From Felis catus (Eukaryota): 64,000 nt of DNA. Positions within the stretch are counted from its first letter, which is position 1. Every line of letters begins with the position of its first letter. The stretch covers positions 103,108,001-103,172,000 of the forward strand of contig NC_058373.1 in assembly GCF_018350175.1 (NCBI RefSeq), written 5' to 3'. The notes below the pieces were generated by a model, which saw nothing but the letters and a program-made list of their open reading frames with translations, searched no databases and had not been told where the DNA came from. Position numbers and translations under genes: made by a program. Below, in pieces: positions 1 through 12,714 of this stretch.

Positions 1-511
1 TAATTTGCTAGAGGGGCTCACAGAACTCAAAGATTTTATTTAATAGGTTACTGGTTTATTATAAAAAGGATATAACTCACAAATCGCCAGATGGAAGAGA
101 TATATAGGGCAACACATAGGGAAAAGGGCACAGAACTCTCCCTGAATCTCCACTTGTTCACCAATCAGGAAGTTCCCATCCTTTCTGAGTTTTTATGGAG
201 TCTTTATACATAGGAATGATTGGATAAATCATCGGCCATTGGTGATTGATTCAACCTCCAGCCCTTCTCCTCTTCTTGGAGGTTAGGGTGGGAATAAAAG
301 CTCCAACTCTCTAATCATGTGGTTGAGCCCCCTGGCAACCAGCCCCCATCCTTTGGTTACCTAGGGGCTTTCCAAAAATCATCTCATTAACATAACAAAA
401 ATACCTTTATTCTCTGATCACTTAGGAAATTCCAAGGGCTTTAAAAGCTCTGTGCCAGAAAATGAGACAAAGACCAAATCTATATATCTTATTGTAAATC
501 ACAATAACACA
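1..511 (-). mobile_element. MER21-like ERV LTR (truncated by the window start)
   Basis: The reverse complement begins TGTGTTATTGTGATTTACAATAAGATATATAGATTTGGTCTTTGTC, matching my recollection of the MER21C 5' end. Confidence 0.75.
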
Positions 512-2082
512 GCCTCCCATCAAGATTCACACAATGGAGAATTCTCTTAACACAGAAGAGGGGTTGGTTAATCATGGACTAGTTAGATGAGTGCAGTATT
601 CCAGCTGGGGTTATGAGGGCTTTGGGGTAGGATGGTGACAAAGAAAAAAGAAGCCCAAAGAACTAACCCAGGAGATTAGTGAAAGAAGAAACAAACAGAT
701 TTGGTGACAGATAATGTACAGATGATTAACAATGGGGAACAGAGAAAGCTAATGCCAGGCTTCTGTCCTGGAGGAGATGAAAAGAGGTTGGTACTGCTGG
801 CAGATATAAGAACTGAGAAAAGAAGAAACTGAAGAATCGTTGTGAAACCATATTAATGGGTCATATGACTTAATCATTCTTGGAGTTAGTGGCCATGATG
901 AAGATAATTCCTTCAGCTAGTCCAGTTCTTTGAGATCATTTGTAAGACAATTACACAATTATACTATTGTCTTTCGTGGCTCTTCTATATACTGTCACTG
1001 GTGGTCTGATACTCTTGTGGGTTGAATTTCCTAAACCAGTGTTCTCATTTAGTCTGGTAGCCAGCATTGTTCACTCTTTCAATATTTATTTTTACATTTA
1101 TTTTGAAGACTCAAACTACAAAGAACCTTAAAGAATGCTTTATTTCTTTAAAATTATAACACTTAGCACCAACATGAATCACAATTTCCCACTGAGACTC
1201 AACATGTTAAAAAACTCAAGAGTGTGTTTATAATGCAAACACAGAAGCACAGATAAACACTGGATAATAAATCTATATGGCATTGACTGTCCATGCTGAG
1301 AAAGCATCAACTATCTGTAAATAGTTTCAGCATCCTTCATTCTCCCCATTTGGGATAGACTGGAATTCCATATCCATGCATCCAGTTGATGTGTGCACTG
1401 CTCATTTGCATCTTATGTCTCCTACAACTTCTAACTACTCTAGAACTTGCAACTTAGAAAATGCAGTGGGTTAAGTTATTAAGAGAATATGAAAAGACCA
1501 AACAAAAGAGGTGCTCGAATCAGTTTGTAGAAGTTCACATCTAGAAGAATGGGCTGAAAACCACTAAAACTCCTACAAGCATTACTTCCCTGGTGTCTCC
1601 TTTCCTGATACCCTTTCCCACCTCCTTTTATATGCAGAGCTTACTTATGCGTTTCAGATTTCCTTGCTTTTAAGATGAAACCAGATATTGAAGTCTCTCT
1701 GGTAATTCTAAAGCTCTTAATTCCTGTCTGGCATCATGATCTCTCTATGCTTCCAAATTTATGCTCTTTTCCCTGTGTTTCAGACAAAGACACTAGGAAA
1801 GTGTAAATGGATTGAGTTTAATGAGAGGTAAAAATCAAGAGACTTGGGGTGAAGCAAATCTTTTCCAGTTCTGGAATAATATGAAAATAGACCAAAAACC
1901 AATGCTTTGAATGAGTTTAGAATGAATGCCAATCAATTCTTCACTATCATGATTTTAAAAATCATACCAAACAAGTCACCCCAGACTCCCATTTTTATCT
2001 TCCTCCTAAGCTAGGGCTTGCTGATTCTTGTCATCAACAGGATCGGTGATTGGAGATTATATTCTTAAATTATACCTACCTA

Positions 2083-2303
2083 GGGGCGCCTGGGTGGTGC
2101 AGTCGGTTAAGCGTCCGACTTCAGCCAGGTCACGATCTCGCGGTCCACGAGTTCGAGCCCCGCGTCGGGCTCTGGGCTGATGGCTCAGAGCCTGGAGCCT
2201 GTTTCCGATTCTGTGTCTCCCTGTCTCTCTGCCCCTCCCCCGTTCATGCTCTGTCTCTCTCTGTCCCAAAAATAAATAAATGTTGAAAAAAAAATTAAAA
2301 AAA
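2083..2303 (+). mobile_element. Young felid CAN-SINE (SINEC_Fc type)
   Basis: GGGGCGCCTGGGTGG head, A/B boxes, CT tract, AATAAA and A tail. TSD aaattata(c/t)ctaccta-like on both sides. Confidence 0.95.
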
Positions 2304-3972
2304 AATTATACTTACCTAAATCAAAGGAAAGATAAAAATAAGGTGGCTAAAAGAAAAACACCACCACAGCTGTATTCTGTGTGATTCAATGGTCAAGAAA
2401 TTGTGATATATAGTGGAAAACATTTAGGATCTTTGTCTGGAATCTTCTCTTCCTCCTCTCCCAGGCCATGCTTCTTCATCTAGTTCATTCCTATTCATCT
2501 GGTTCTTAGATTTCAGCTCAAAGGCCATTTCATCAGGGAAACTATTCCTGGTGCCCTAGACCAGGTGAAGTCCCCTGTTACCATCTTTACATAACACTTG
2601 AGTTTGTACCTGTAGGTCAGCTTTCCCACTACACATGAGGGCAGGAGTATATCTTTTTGGCTTGTTTATCTGTTCTGGTATCTTGCACAGTTTGGGCATA
2701 TAGTAATCATGCAAAAACGAATTAATTAATAATCAATTATGAGTCCAGAGTCCTGGGTTCTAATTGTAACCTTTCTTCTGACCTTGGAGGAATTTTCTTG
2801 TGACCTTGGAAAAGTTGTCTTCATCTTGTTGATCTTGATTTCTTCATCTATAAAGTGAATATTTGGGGCTGGCTAATATCTTGGAAATTTTTCATATTTC
2901 ACGCTCCAGAAATGTTCTTTAAGAAAAATTCTATAGCAAATTCTTAATGATAGGTGAGGGTAAGATGCCATCTTACCAGTGCAAGCATATTATCAGGATA
3001 GGCAGACTGGTTACTCTGAGCTGGGGGAGAATGCTTATTTTGAGATATTGGTAGATTTCCTGAATTCCTTAGGTTTTTGGATTTTGGTAAATTCAAACCT
3101 GGAAAAATTGCTGAGAACAGGGGTGAGGTTGGGGGTCAGAATATCTATTAAGGAAAACTGGAAAGACTGTTACAGGGGAAACTGGTGGGGAAATAAGAAA
3201 ATATTTATACATACATGTATTTATACATACATCCTACTTGAATGGACGGTGGTGAATCCTTTTGAAAGTGAATATTTATATGCTATTTTGTAAATTCAGT
3301 TCTCCATCTAAGAGATTCTGAAAGTCCTGACCAACCACATTTTGATCCATCTGCGTGCTTCTTTGCATCAGATTCCTCATTCTACAACCTTAGAACCAAC
3401 TTTTAGAAAGATATCGTGGTGAAGGGGGAGACTGAGCTCCACACAGGGCCCTGTATGGGAATGAATTTCTACATCTAATAATAACCAGAAGGAAATATCC
3501 TGTGCTAATATTTGAAAAAGAGACAGAAGGCTGTTGACACTTTTGCCAATGTCTTTCATAAACTGTTTGTCTAAAAGAACAACTGCAACCCAACCATCTC
3601 TGAACTGTATCTCATTTTGCTTTAGGACATTTATCATTCTGTTTCTTCCTCTGCTCTGCTTTAATCTCCTGGGAGTTTTCATTAAAAACTGATCTGAAGA
3701 GCAGAAGCCACGTCAGTGTTATGAATGGGGACAGGTTTCTGATATCATCTCCTATCGGCCTGGAAGGAGATGTCTGCTGAACTTGGATGCTGGGTGAGAA
3801 GCAAACTCAGGCTGAGAAACAGCCCTGGGAGGATCAGGACGTGGTGAGTGGCTGCTGAGCCCCCATTGTACCAGCACTTTGCAGGTCTGACACCTTGGGC
3901 CTGGAGGCCAGTGCCCAGTTAGAGGAGAGAACAGGAGGACCGCTGGGGCTGCTGCCCTCAATAATCAATGCC

Positions 3973-4198
3973 TGATGTACAGCACAGTGACTGTAGCTAA
4001 TAAAACTGGATCGTGTGTTGCGAGAGATGCTGAGAGAGATCTTAGAAGTTCTCATTACAAGGGAAATATTTGTAACTGTGTGTGTTGAACAGGTGTTAAC
4101 TAGACTTATTGTGGTGATCATTTTGCAACACATACAAATACAAATCATTATGCTGTACACCTCAAACTAACATAATATGTCAATTATATCTCAAGAAA
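3973..4198 (+). mobile_element. L1 extreme 3' end (L1MA/Carn-like)
   Basis: ...GTGGTGATCATTTTGCAACACATACAAATACAAATCATTATGCTGTACACCTCAAACTAACATAATATGTCAATTATATCTCAA is a typical L1 3' terminus. Confidence 0.85.
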
Positions 4199-5100
4199 TT
4201 TTTTTATAACAATAATATGGGTAATACTATTGTCCCTGCAAAGTTTCCTATAGGTCACATTTTCATGAGCTAATAACTTGTCTAATGATTATGTTAGAAC
4301 CAGGTATTTTTTTTTTAAGTAATTCAGTGCCAATAAAATAGGCTTCTAAAATAAAATTTTAAAAACGAATCAATGCCATTCGCTGAGAGGAAGAAAGGGA
4401 CAGTCTAGTGTCTACCATTTCAGGTTTCCTGTTGTGCTCTTGAGGGTGCAGTGTAGCTTTGTCTTAACTACCAGCAACCCTCAAGGCCAAGGCAGAGATT
4501 TTAGTTCAGGATGCTCAAAAGCTGCTGCTTCTTGCCCCTCATCACTATTAAATTTCTCCTCACCTCACCCAGCAGCTTTCAAGTGAAGAGGTGGAGATAG
4601 GTTGATTCAGCCAAAAGATACTAATTAGTATTTGTTGAAGCTGTCAACCAGGCAATGTGCTAAGTGCTCTCTATACACTGCCTTTGTAATCTTTAATTCT
4701 TTTGAACTGAAGCACGGAGTGGTTAAATAACTTAGTCAAAATCTCAGTTTGGCCAATAGTAGACCAGGATCTGAACCCAGGCTATAGGACTTCAGAGTCC
4801 ACACCTTAAAACCACATTATCAAATGACTCCAAACATCTAGTCAAGGCACTTAACAAATCAAGTACAATTGACCCTTGAATAACACAGCGGTTTGGGGCA
4901 CCAACCCCCACATAATCAAAAATCCATGTGTAACTTTTAACTCCCCCGGAACTTAACTCCTAATAGCCTACTGTTGACCTGAAGTCTTACTGATAACATG
5001 GTCTATTAACACACGTTTTGCATATTGTAGGTATTATATGTATAATGTATTCTTACAATTAAGTATGGGAAAATAAAATGTTAAGAAAATTGTAAGGCAG

Positions 5101-5304
5101 GGGCGCCTGGGTGGCTCAGTCGGTTAAGCGTCCGACTTCGGCTCAGATCATGATCTCACGGTCCGTGAGTTCGAGCCCCATGTCGGGCTCTGTTCTGATA
5201 GCTCAGAGCCTGAAGCCTACTTCAGATTCTATGTCTCCCTCTCTCTCTGACCCTCCCCCGTTCATGCTCTGTCTCTGTCTCAAAAATAAATAAACATTAA
5301 AAAA
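5101..5304 (+). mobile_element. CAN-SINE inside Tigger2a
   Basis: Full SINE body with TSD aaaattgtaagg. Confidence 0.93.
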
Positions 5305-5360
5305 AAATTGTAAGGAAGAAAAAATACATTTACAGTATTGTACTTATTGAAAAACATCTG

Positions 5361-5589
5361 GGGGCGCCTGGGTGGCGCAGTCGGTTAAGTATCTGACTTC
5401 AGCCAGGTCACGATCTCGCGGTCCACGAGTTCGAGCCCCGCGTCGGGCTCTGGGCTGATGGCTCAGAGCCTGGAGCCTGTTTCCGATTCTGTGTCTCCCT
5501 CTCTCTCTGCCCCTCCCCTGTTCATGCTCTGTCTCTCTCTGTCCCAAAAATAAATAAACGTTGAAAAAAAAAATTTTTTTTAAAAAAAA
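5361..5589 (+). mobile_element. Young SINEC_Fc inside Tigger2a
   Basis: Full SINE body with TSD gaaaaacatctg (5349-5360 and 5590-5601). Confidence 0.95.
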
Positions 5590-5888
5590 GAAAAACATCT
5601 GTTAAGTGGATCTTCACAGTTCCAATCCATGATGTTCAACGGTCAGCTGTTGTTATAGATGGATTAATGGGCATGCACGTGGTCCTTGATCAGACCCTAA
5701 GCTTGACATAGTAAAGATGAGACTCAGTAGTCCCTGTATTCATGTAATTTATATTATTATATCTTATCACCAAAGAGATCTGAGTCTTAGACTAGCTCTG
5801 CCTTTGCTCAGCCACCCTGGGGCTTTGAGCAAGGCTCTTGGAACTGGTGCTCAGGTTTCTCATGTGAAAATTGAGGTGTGATTAGATC

Positions 5889-6061
5889 GGTGGTTCCCTC
5901 TGGTGATGCCTTAGAATCACCTGGGGAGCTACTACCACTAGAAATGCCCTGTCCCAACCCAGAAGATTTTGATTAAATTGATCTAGAGTGAGGTGTAGAC
6001 CTTGATAATTTTTTTAAAGTTGTTCAGGTGATGCTCATGTGCAGTCAGGTTGAGGGCCACT
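5889..6061. mobile_element. MER5A-like hAT MITE
   Basis: TTAGAATCACCTGGGGAGCT ... CAGGTGATGCTCATGTGCAGTCAGGTTGAGGGCCACT, a palindromic hAT-Charlie layout. Confidence 0.7.
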
Positions 6062-6218
6062 AATACTAACGTGCTAATAGTATCTTATTTTTCTGGCAGA
6101 CCTAAAATTCTTGGTCCATGCCTCTGCCACTGAGCCATAAGACAGGTAATTTCATACGGTCTCAGAAGCCAGAAGGGCTGACGGTTGAAACTAGGTCTAG
6201 ATATATGAACTGATGTCA

Positions 6219-6434
6219 TTTTTTTTTAAGCTTATTTCTTTTGAGAGAGAGCACGCAAAAGCAAACACACGTGCAAGCAGGGGGTGGGGGAGGGCAGAGA
6301 GAGACAGAAAATCCCAAGCGGACTCCGCATAGTGCAGAGTCGGACATGGGACGTGGACTCACAAACCCAGAGATCATGACCTGAACTGAGATCAAGAGTC
6401 AGATGCTTCACCGACTGAACCACCCAGATGCCCC
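6219..6434 (-). mobile_element. CAN-SINE (older subfamily)
   Basis: Reverse SINE ending ...CACCCAGATGCCCC, with a degenerate TSD tgaactgatgtcatttt / tgaaccgatatcaatttt. Confidence 0.9.
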
Positions 6435-6810
6435 TGAACCGATATCAATTTTAAGCACCACTAAGTCTGGTTCAATTTGAGGACCGGAAGATGTCTGCAT
6501 AAGGTAGTCTGTTCATTCTCTCTAAACTTATGTAAAGAAGTTAGCTAAAAAACCCTAAAGTATTTTAGTTTTTACCCTGTTTTGGCAAACTAGGAAGTTC
6601 ATTGTTAAGAGCAAAGCTAAGGATTGGATGTACTCAATAGTGAAAGCTATGAAAGAGCCCAAGCAGGAGAGTGGGGGAAAGTGTTTGCTTTATAAACATA
6701 TGGCCTCAAAGTCTTTTTTGGTGAGTCATTTTTGAATTAAGCCTGGTCAGGAATTTTCTTAGAAAAAGGAGGTGGAGGGACAGGTAGGGAATAATGTGAA
6801 TACATTAAGT

Positions 6811-7036
6811 CAGTGGTGTACTGGCAAATGTTTAACAACTGGCTCTCAATAATAACAATAATAATTTTAATAATAATAATACTCTGATTTGTAGCATTTG
6901 CCAGTTTCTCTAGTGTAACTATATCTACCACTGCTGATTTCAAACTTCCAACCTGATATCAACGAATGTAGAGTTGGAAAGAGGTACACACAGTTGGCTC
7001 TTGTAAACAGTTATGAAGTGCTCCAGCACACCAGTG
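6811..7036 (-). mobile_element. MER63A-like hAT-Blackjack MITE
   Basis: TIRs CAGTGGTGTACTGG and CCAGCACACCAGTG. The internal sequence matches recalled MER63A. Confidence 0.75.
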
Positions 7037-7759
7037 CTTATGTTTATAAAACAGCATAGCGTGGATTAATTGATCAGCTTGACTTTCTCCTCGATTGAAA
7101 CATTTGAGCAGACTAAAAGCTCAGGATTGACAAGAGGGGCAGGTAAACCAAGGGGGTGGGGATGTCAGGATGAAAGCAGGAAGGAAAGATGGGAGACATT
7201 ACCTAATTAGTTGTCACTCATTGAATAGTTGTTCATAAGTAGCTTTTGTGAACTTCTTGGACATGTGTGGTGTTGGGGGTAGGATAGCAGTCCATACAGG
7301 TGGGAATAGAATATATTCTTCCCTTCCATTGGTTTACAATCCGGTTTTTCCCAGAGCCAACTACTGAACCATGGAGAGTGCTGATGGTGGTGGAAGGGGA
7401 ATCCTCACGCAGCTTTTTATACTGAGGAAACACTAAATGGATCCCTTATGGCAGTAGGGAGACCTGGTGGACAGGGCTGCTGTCTTTGTCTAATGATTAG
7501 ACAAACATTAACGTCAAGTGATTGTCTTGCTGTTAATGTTTATGGGAAAGAAGCAGCAATCAATAATCTTAAAAGGAGGAGGAAGAGTAGAACCTCTCAG
7601 ATGACATGCCACCATTCATACAGAAGCATACTGCCACCATATTGCAATTGATCATTCTGTTCAAACTTCTTTAGGACAACTACCCTTGTTTTGGGGGGGA
7701 AACACATCAGGCCATCTGTTAAAGATGATTTGAAGAGAATCTTGGTCTAAAACTTCTGT

Positions 7760-7849
7760 CTTGAATCAGTAGAAAAGTTAGATGGTGTAAATGACGTTGC
7801 ACTGCTTGAATCAGTAGAAAAGCTAGACGGTGTAAGTGACGGTGCACTG
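7760..7849. repeat. 45-bp tandem duplication (2 copies, 4 mismatches)
   Basis: CTTGAATCAGTAGAAAAGTTAGATGGTGTAAATGACGTTGCACTG followed by CTTGAATCAGTAGAAAAGCTAGACGGTGTAAGTGACGGTGCACTG. Confidence 0.95.
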
Positions 7850-8602
7850 TAATACCTACTGCTCAAATAGGCAAGAGGTCTTATTTCCAGGCAGTGCCAG
7901 ACAACTGAACTGGGTATCCGTTCATTCATTCATGCATTCATTCTTCAGATGTTTACTGAGGGTCTTCTGAGTGCCAAACTCTGTAGTAGGAACTAGAACT
8001 ACAACAGAAAACAAGAGAGCTATATTCATTCCCCTCATTATGCTTAAAACCAATTGGAAAGAATAGGGCAGTGAAAAGTTAATAAACCAATGATTACCAA
8101 CTGGAGATGCTAAGAAGAAAACAAGGAGCTATGATAAAGGAAAATGTTGGAAGCCTGGTCTTTGATAGGGTATTCAGGAAAGTTCTGAGTTGATTACATT
8201 TCATTATAGGCATGAAAGCAGAGGAACCAGCCATGCAAGGTATGGGGTGAAGGGCATATGGAACCCTAAAGAATAGGCTGAGAGATTTCTAGGCAGAGGA
8301 ACTCACGTGTGTAAGGACCTAATGCAGGAAAAAGTTTGGTGTGTTCAAAAGCTAAAAATAAGACCAGACAAATCTGCAAAGACAGAAAGTAGACTAGTGG
8401 TTGCCTTAGGCTGGAGAAGTTGAGGGGAAATGGGGAGTGATTGCTAGTAGGTACAGGATTTGGGGAGAGGAGATGATAAAATGTTCCAAATTTGATTGTG
8501 GTGATGATTGCAGAATTCTGTAATTATACTAGAAAACATTAAATTGTATACTTTAAATTGGTGAGTTGCAGGATATATGAATTATGACTCAAGCTGTTAT
8601 TT

Positions 8603-8789
8603 ATTTTAATTTTATTTATTTATTTTGTGTGAGAGAGAGTATGAGTGGGGAAGAGGCAGAGACAGAATCCCAAGCAGGTTCTACGCTGTCATTGCAGAGC
8701 CGGACATGGGCCTTGGACTCACAAACCGTGAGATCATGACCTGAGGTCAAGAGCCAGACACTTAACCGACTGAGCCACCCAGGTGCCCC
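8603..8789 (-). mobile_element. CAN-SINE
   Basis: Reverse SINE with TSD caag(c/t)tgttattt. Confidence 0.9.
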
Positions 8790-8874
8790 ACAAGTTGTTA
8801 TTTTCTTTTAATCTGAATATTTTCAGCCTAATGAGTGAGAGTGGCAAAGTGAATGAGATAAAGTAAAATTCTTA

Positions 8875-9041
8875 GGGGACACCTGGGTGGCCCAGTCAGC
8901 TAAGCATCTGACTCTTAGTTTTAGATCGGGTGCCACATTGGGCTCTGTGCTGATGGTATGCTCTGGAGCCTGCTTGGGACTCTTTCTCTCTCTCCGTCTC
9001 CCTGCCCCCCCCCCTCAAAATAAATAAGTAAACATTTTTTA
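8875..9041 (+). mobile_element. CAN-SINE with internal deletion
   Basis: GGGGACACCTGGGTGGCCCAGTC head, B-box region missing, TSD aaaattct. Confidence 0.85.
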
Positions 9042-10409
9042 AAAATTCTCAGGCTGGTTCACATCAGTTGGGACCTATGGGTCCTGGTAACGAAGTTGAT
9101 TTTATTCTAGGTACAAGAGAAGTCATCACATTGGTTGTCTATGGATTCGGGGTGGAAAGAGAAGGCAAGGGTGGAAGGAGAGAGCACTTACAAAAATATT
9201 GCAGTAATCTAGGTGGGAAATGATGGTCAAGACTTAAGTGGGTCACGGAGAGAAATGGGGATTCAAAATACATTTTGGAGGGTGTCATTGATAGGAATTG
9301 GTGAATAACTGAATGTGTAGCATGAGGGGAAATGATCCATCAAGGAGAACGCCTTCTAACTTGTATTCTTTCCCGCCTGCAGCTTCTAGATTCTGAGACA
9401 GGGAACACAAATACTCAGAGCCTGTGGTCACCCAACCCAGACCTTCCCAGGGGCAGAGACAAAACAGCGAATACCGCGACTGTCTCTACTGAATGCCTTT
9501 CCTGTAGCTCACACCTACCCCTTCCTTCTCCCATCTGGATCTGTCCCAGTGGGTGTAGGAAGGAACACTGCAGGGGGCAAGAGTCCACCTTCAGAACTGG
9601 CAATCACATGTCCCTGGGGCTGCAAGATCCAAAAATCCCAACAGCCCTTGCTGTGTCTTGCCAACTGTAGGGTATCTCTTCATTTCACTTAAGTTGTGTT
9701 AGAAAAAGAAACTGGGCAAAGGGAGGAGGAAGGAGAGCCCAGTAAACAGATATCTGAATTCTTCTCAGTTGCTCAGAACCTGTTTGCTTTCTCATCATCT
9801 GTGCTACAGTCCCGTTTGGCACGAGGTGAGGTGTGGGCTAGGCTGGCCTCCACTAGAAAAATCAGCGTGTTTGACTTCCAGTGCTGAGACAGCAAGCTCT
9901 GGGCCCAGCAAAGATTCCCTCACTGTGTGTGTACAGTGTTTATGGCCACTGTCGCTGACCCTGGGATCAAAGAACTCTCACAGGACAGCCTGTATCCAAC
10001 AGCAGCTCCTTTGAATCTGGAAGATCACCCTTTCCTTTCCCTGGCCATCTTCTCCATTACCTACGTGGCTTAAGAGCCATGAATATGGTCTTCCTCTTCC
10101 CTGGTCTTGCCTCCATTCCCATATTTGTCACCCGTCTCTTCGTGAAGCAGAGTGTGAAGCAATAGAACAGGGGTTTAAGAGCACAGACCTGGGAAGCGTC
10201 CTAGCTGGCTTATTTTGAGCCAGGTACTTAACTTCTCTGAGCCTTGGTATTCACATACTCCTCCTTCACATGATTCCTCCAAGAGCTACAAACAAAACAT
10301 GGGCAGAAATAAAGATGATTGAGTAGGATGCAAACCCAAACATGGTGCCTTTGCTCATTCGGTGAATATCTATTCATGAAACCAGACCCTATGGGGCTTC
10401 TGTTCTTTT

Positions 10410-11060
10410 TCCTAACTTTTAGAAAGTGGTTGTACAGAATATATGCAGAAAGGTGCACAAATACTCAGGATATAGTTTGAGTTGTTGCAGATGTACACAC
10501 TAGTGTAACCACCACCCAGATAAAGAAATAACACATGCCCCAAATCTCAGAAGGTGTTTCGTGCTTCTGCCAATCAGTAACCACTCCCACTCAGAGCTAA
10601 CCACTGTTCGGACTTCAATTGCCATAGGCTAGTTTTGTCTCTTGAATTCACCAAGATGAAATCATACAGTATATATTCTTTTGCGTTGCTCTTTTGTAGT
10701 TGGCTTCTTTTACTAAAAAAGAAGTCTGTGAGAATCACCCGTGCGATCTCATGCACCATTATTTTGTTCCCTTTATTGCTGTGTAATATTTCGTTGCACG
10801 AAGATGCCAGTATTTATTTATCTGTTCTGCTGCTGACAGATATTTGGTTTATTTCCATTTTCAGCTTTTGTAAATAAAGCTGATAAGAGAATTCTTAAGT
10901 CTGTTTGGTTTCACTTATGCACTCCTTTCCCATGTGTATACATATTCAGGAGTGGAATTATCAGTATTATATAAGCTTTAGTAACCTTGAGAGGCACTGC
11001 CAGACAATTTTCCAAAGTGACTGTTACAGTTTACACACCCGGCCAGCCATGTGTGAGACT
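10410..11060 (-). mobile_element. Ancient L1 (L1MC/ME) 3' region
   Basis: Degenerate reverse L1 3'UTR (TGTAACCACCACCCAGATAAAG; ACTGCCAGACAATTTTCCAAAGTG). Confidence 0.65.
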
Positions 11061-11357
11061 CCAGTTTCTAGTGGGAAGATGGACAGGCTCAAAATATAAT
11101 GTTACATTATATAGTATGTTAGAGGGTGGTAGGTGCTCTGGAAAAATAAAACAGGAAAGGAAGACTTATTTTCAAAGACTGGGTTCATTGCAGTGTTCCT
11201 ATTTATCTTTTTCTAACCATATTTATATTTAACCTATCAAGAGATTATTTAATCATCAGTTAAAGGAAAATTTATTTATCGAGAATCTACTATATTCCCA
11301 GCGCTGTGAAAAGAGATTACAGAAGTATCAGGCAAGGTCCACAACTCGAAAGATTTT

Positions 11358-11383
11358 AAATGCTTACTTATTTTTGACAGAGA

Positions 11384-11423
<40 letters not shown>

Positions 11424-11551
11424 ATCTGAAATAGGCTCCAGGCTCTGAGCTGTCAGCACAGAGCCTGAAGTGGGGCTCAAACCCATGAACCGTGGGATCA
11501 TGACCTGAGCCAAAGTCAGACACTTAACCGACTCAGCCACCCAGGCGCCCC
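11358..11551 (-). mobile_element. CAN-SINE with expanded (GA)n
   Basis: Reverse SINE ending CACCCAGGCGCCCC, with (GA)n at 11380-11422. Confidence 0.9.
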
Positions 11552-12045
11552 TTGGAAGAGTTTACAATATGTTTGGAAGCCACACTGATCCAGAGTATGC
11601 ACTATTGCCCTGGGACAGACCATCAGTGTAATAGAAGCTTGAGAAAGGAAGAGGAAGGCACCAGCTCTCGCAATGAGGGGAGACTCCAGGGGAGAAGTGG
11701 AAGCATGTGCCAGAATGTGACCTTATTTCTTCACATTTTCCTCCTGTTTAAAATCCTCTTCCTTTTTTTTTTTTTTTTTTTTTTTTTTTGCATTCAAAAA
11801 GGCAGCACAATATCTTTGCCCAGCTGTAACCTGCCCTTTTTTGGAGGTTAGCCACCCGCACATGACTTTAGATTTCAGTAATGTTTGGTGCACTCATTCT
11901 TTCAGCTCTGGCCTCACCTCATGCACTTTTCTAGATGTCAAACATAGACAGATGCAACAAAATAGTCTCCACCTTCGAGAAGTTTATAGTCTACAAGGAG
12001 AGATGAAACAGCTGCTCAAAGAACTACAACAAGAGAAAGTAAAAT

Positions 12046-12714
12046 CCAGTAACTCCACTTCCGAGTATATATCCAAGGAGGTAAATCAAGAAATATCTGC
12101 ACCCCCATGTTTATTGCAGCATTATTCACAATAGCAAAGACATGGAAAGAACCTCAGCGTCCACAGATGGATGAATAAAGAAAATGTGGGGTGTGTGTGT
12201 GCACGCACGCACGTACACACACACACACAAACACACACATACGTGGTGGAATATTATTCAGCCACAGAAAAAAAGAAAATCCTGCATTGGCAACAGCATG
12301 GACAAACCTGGAGGGCATTATGCTGAGTGAAATTAAGTCAGACAGAGAAAGACATACTATATGATGTCACCTATGTGTGGAATATAAAAAACAGCTAAAC
12401 TCGTAAATACAGAGAACAAATTGGTGATTGCCAGTGGCAGGAGGTGTGGGATGCGGGGAATGGGTGAGGATATAATGTACAGTGTGGTGACCCTAATTAA
12501 CAATATTTATTGTATATTTGAAAGTTGCTAAGACAGGAGATCTTAAAAAGTTCTCATCACAGGGGGGAAAATGTGACTATGTGAGGTGATAGATGTTAAT
12601 TAAAATCATTATGGTAATCATCTTGCGATACATTCATATATCAAATAATTGTGTTGTACACCTGAAACGAATACAATGTCATATGTCAATTCTATCCTAA
12701 TAAAGGTGGAAAAT
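12046..12714 (+). mobile_element. 5'-truncated L1 3'UTR (L1MA9/Carn-like)
   Basis: Typical L1 3'UTR flanked by a perfect 15-bp TSD aagagaaagtaaaat (12031-12045 and 12715-12729). Confidence 0.92.

Larger units (their letters stand above)
4866..5649 (-). mobile_element. Tigger2a-like DNA transposon (MITE) carrying two SINE insertions
   Basis: Terminal inverted repeats CAATTGACCCTTGAATAAC and GATGTTCAACGGTCAGCTG, with TA at 4864-4865. The internal sequence matches recalled Tigger2a. Confidence 0.8.
7920..9330 (-). mobile_element. Fragmented L2 with nested L1 3' fragment (~8365-8590, +) and two SINEs
   Basis: TTCATTCATTCATGCATTCATTC...TTTACTGAG is the reverse L2 tail. L2-like sequence resumes at ~9050-9330. 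Confidence 0.6.

Noticed and set aside
2083..2160. tRNA genes
   Set aside because: The A/B boxes belong to tRNA-derived SINE heads followed by CT tracts and A tails.
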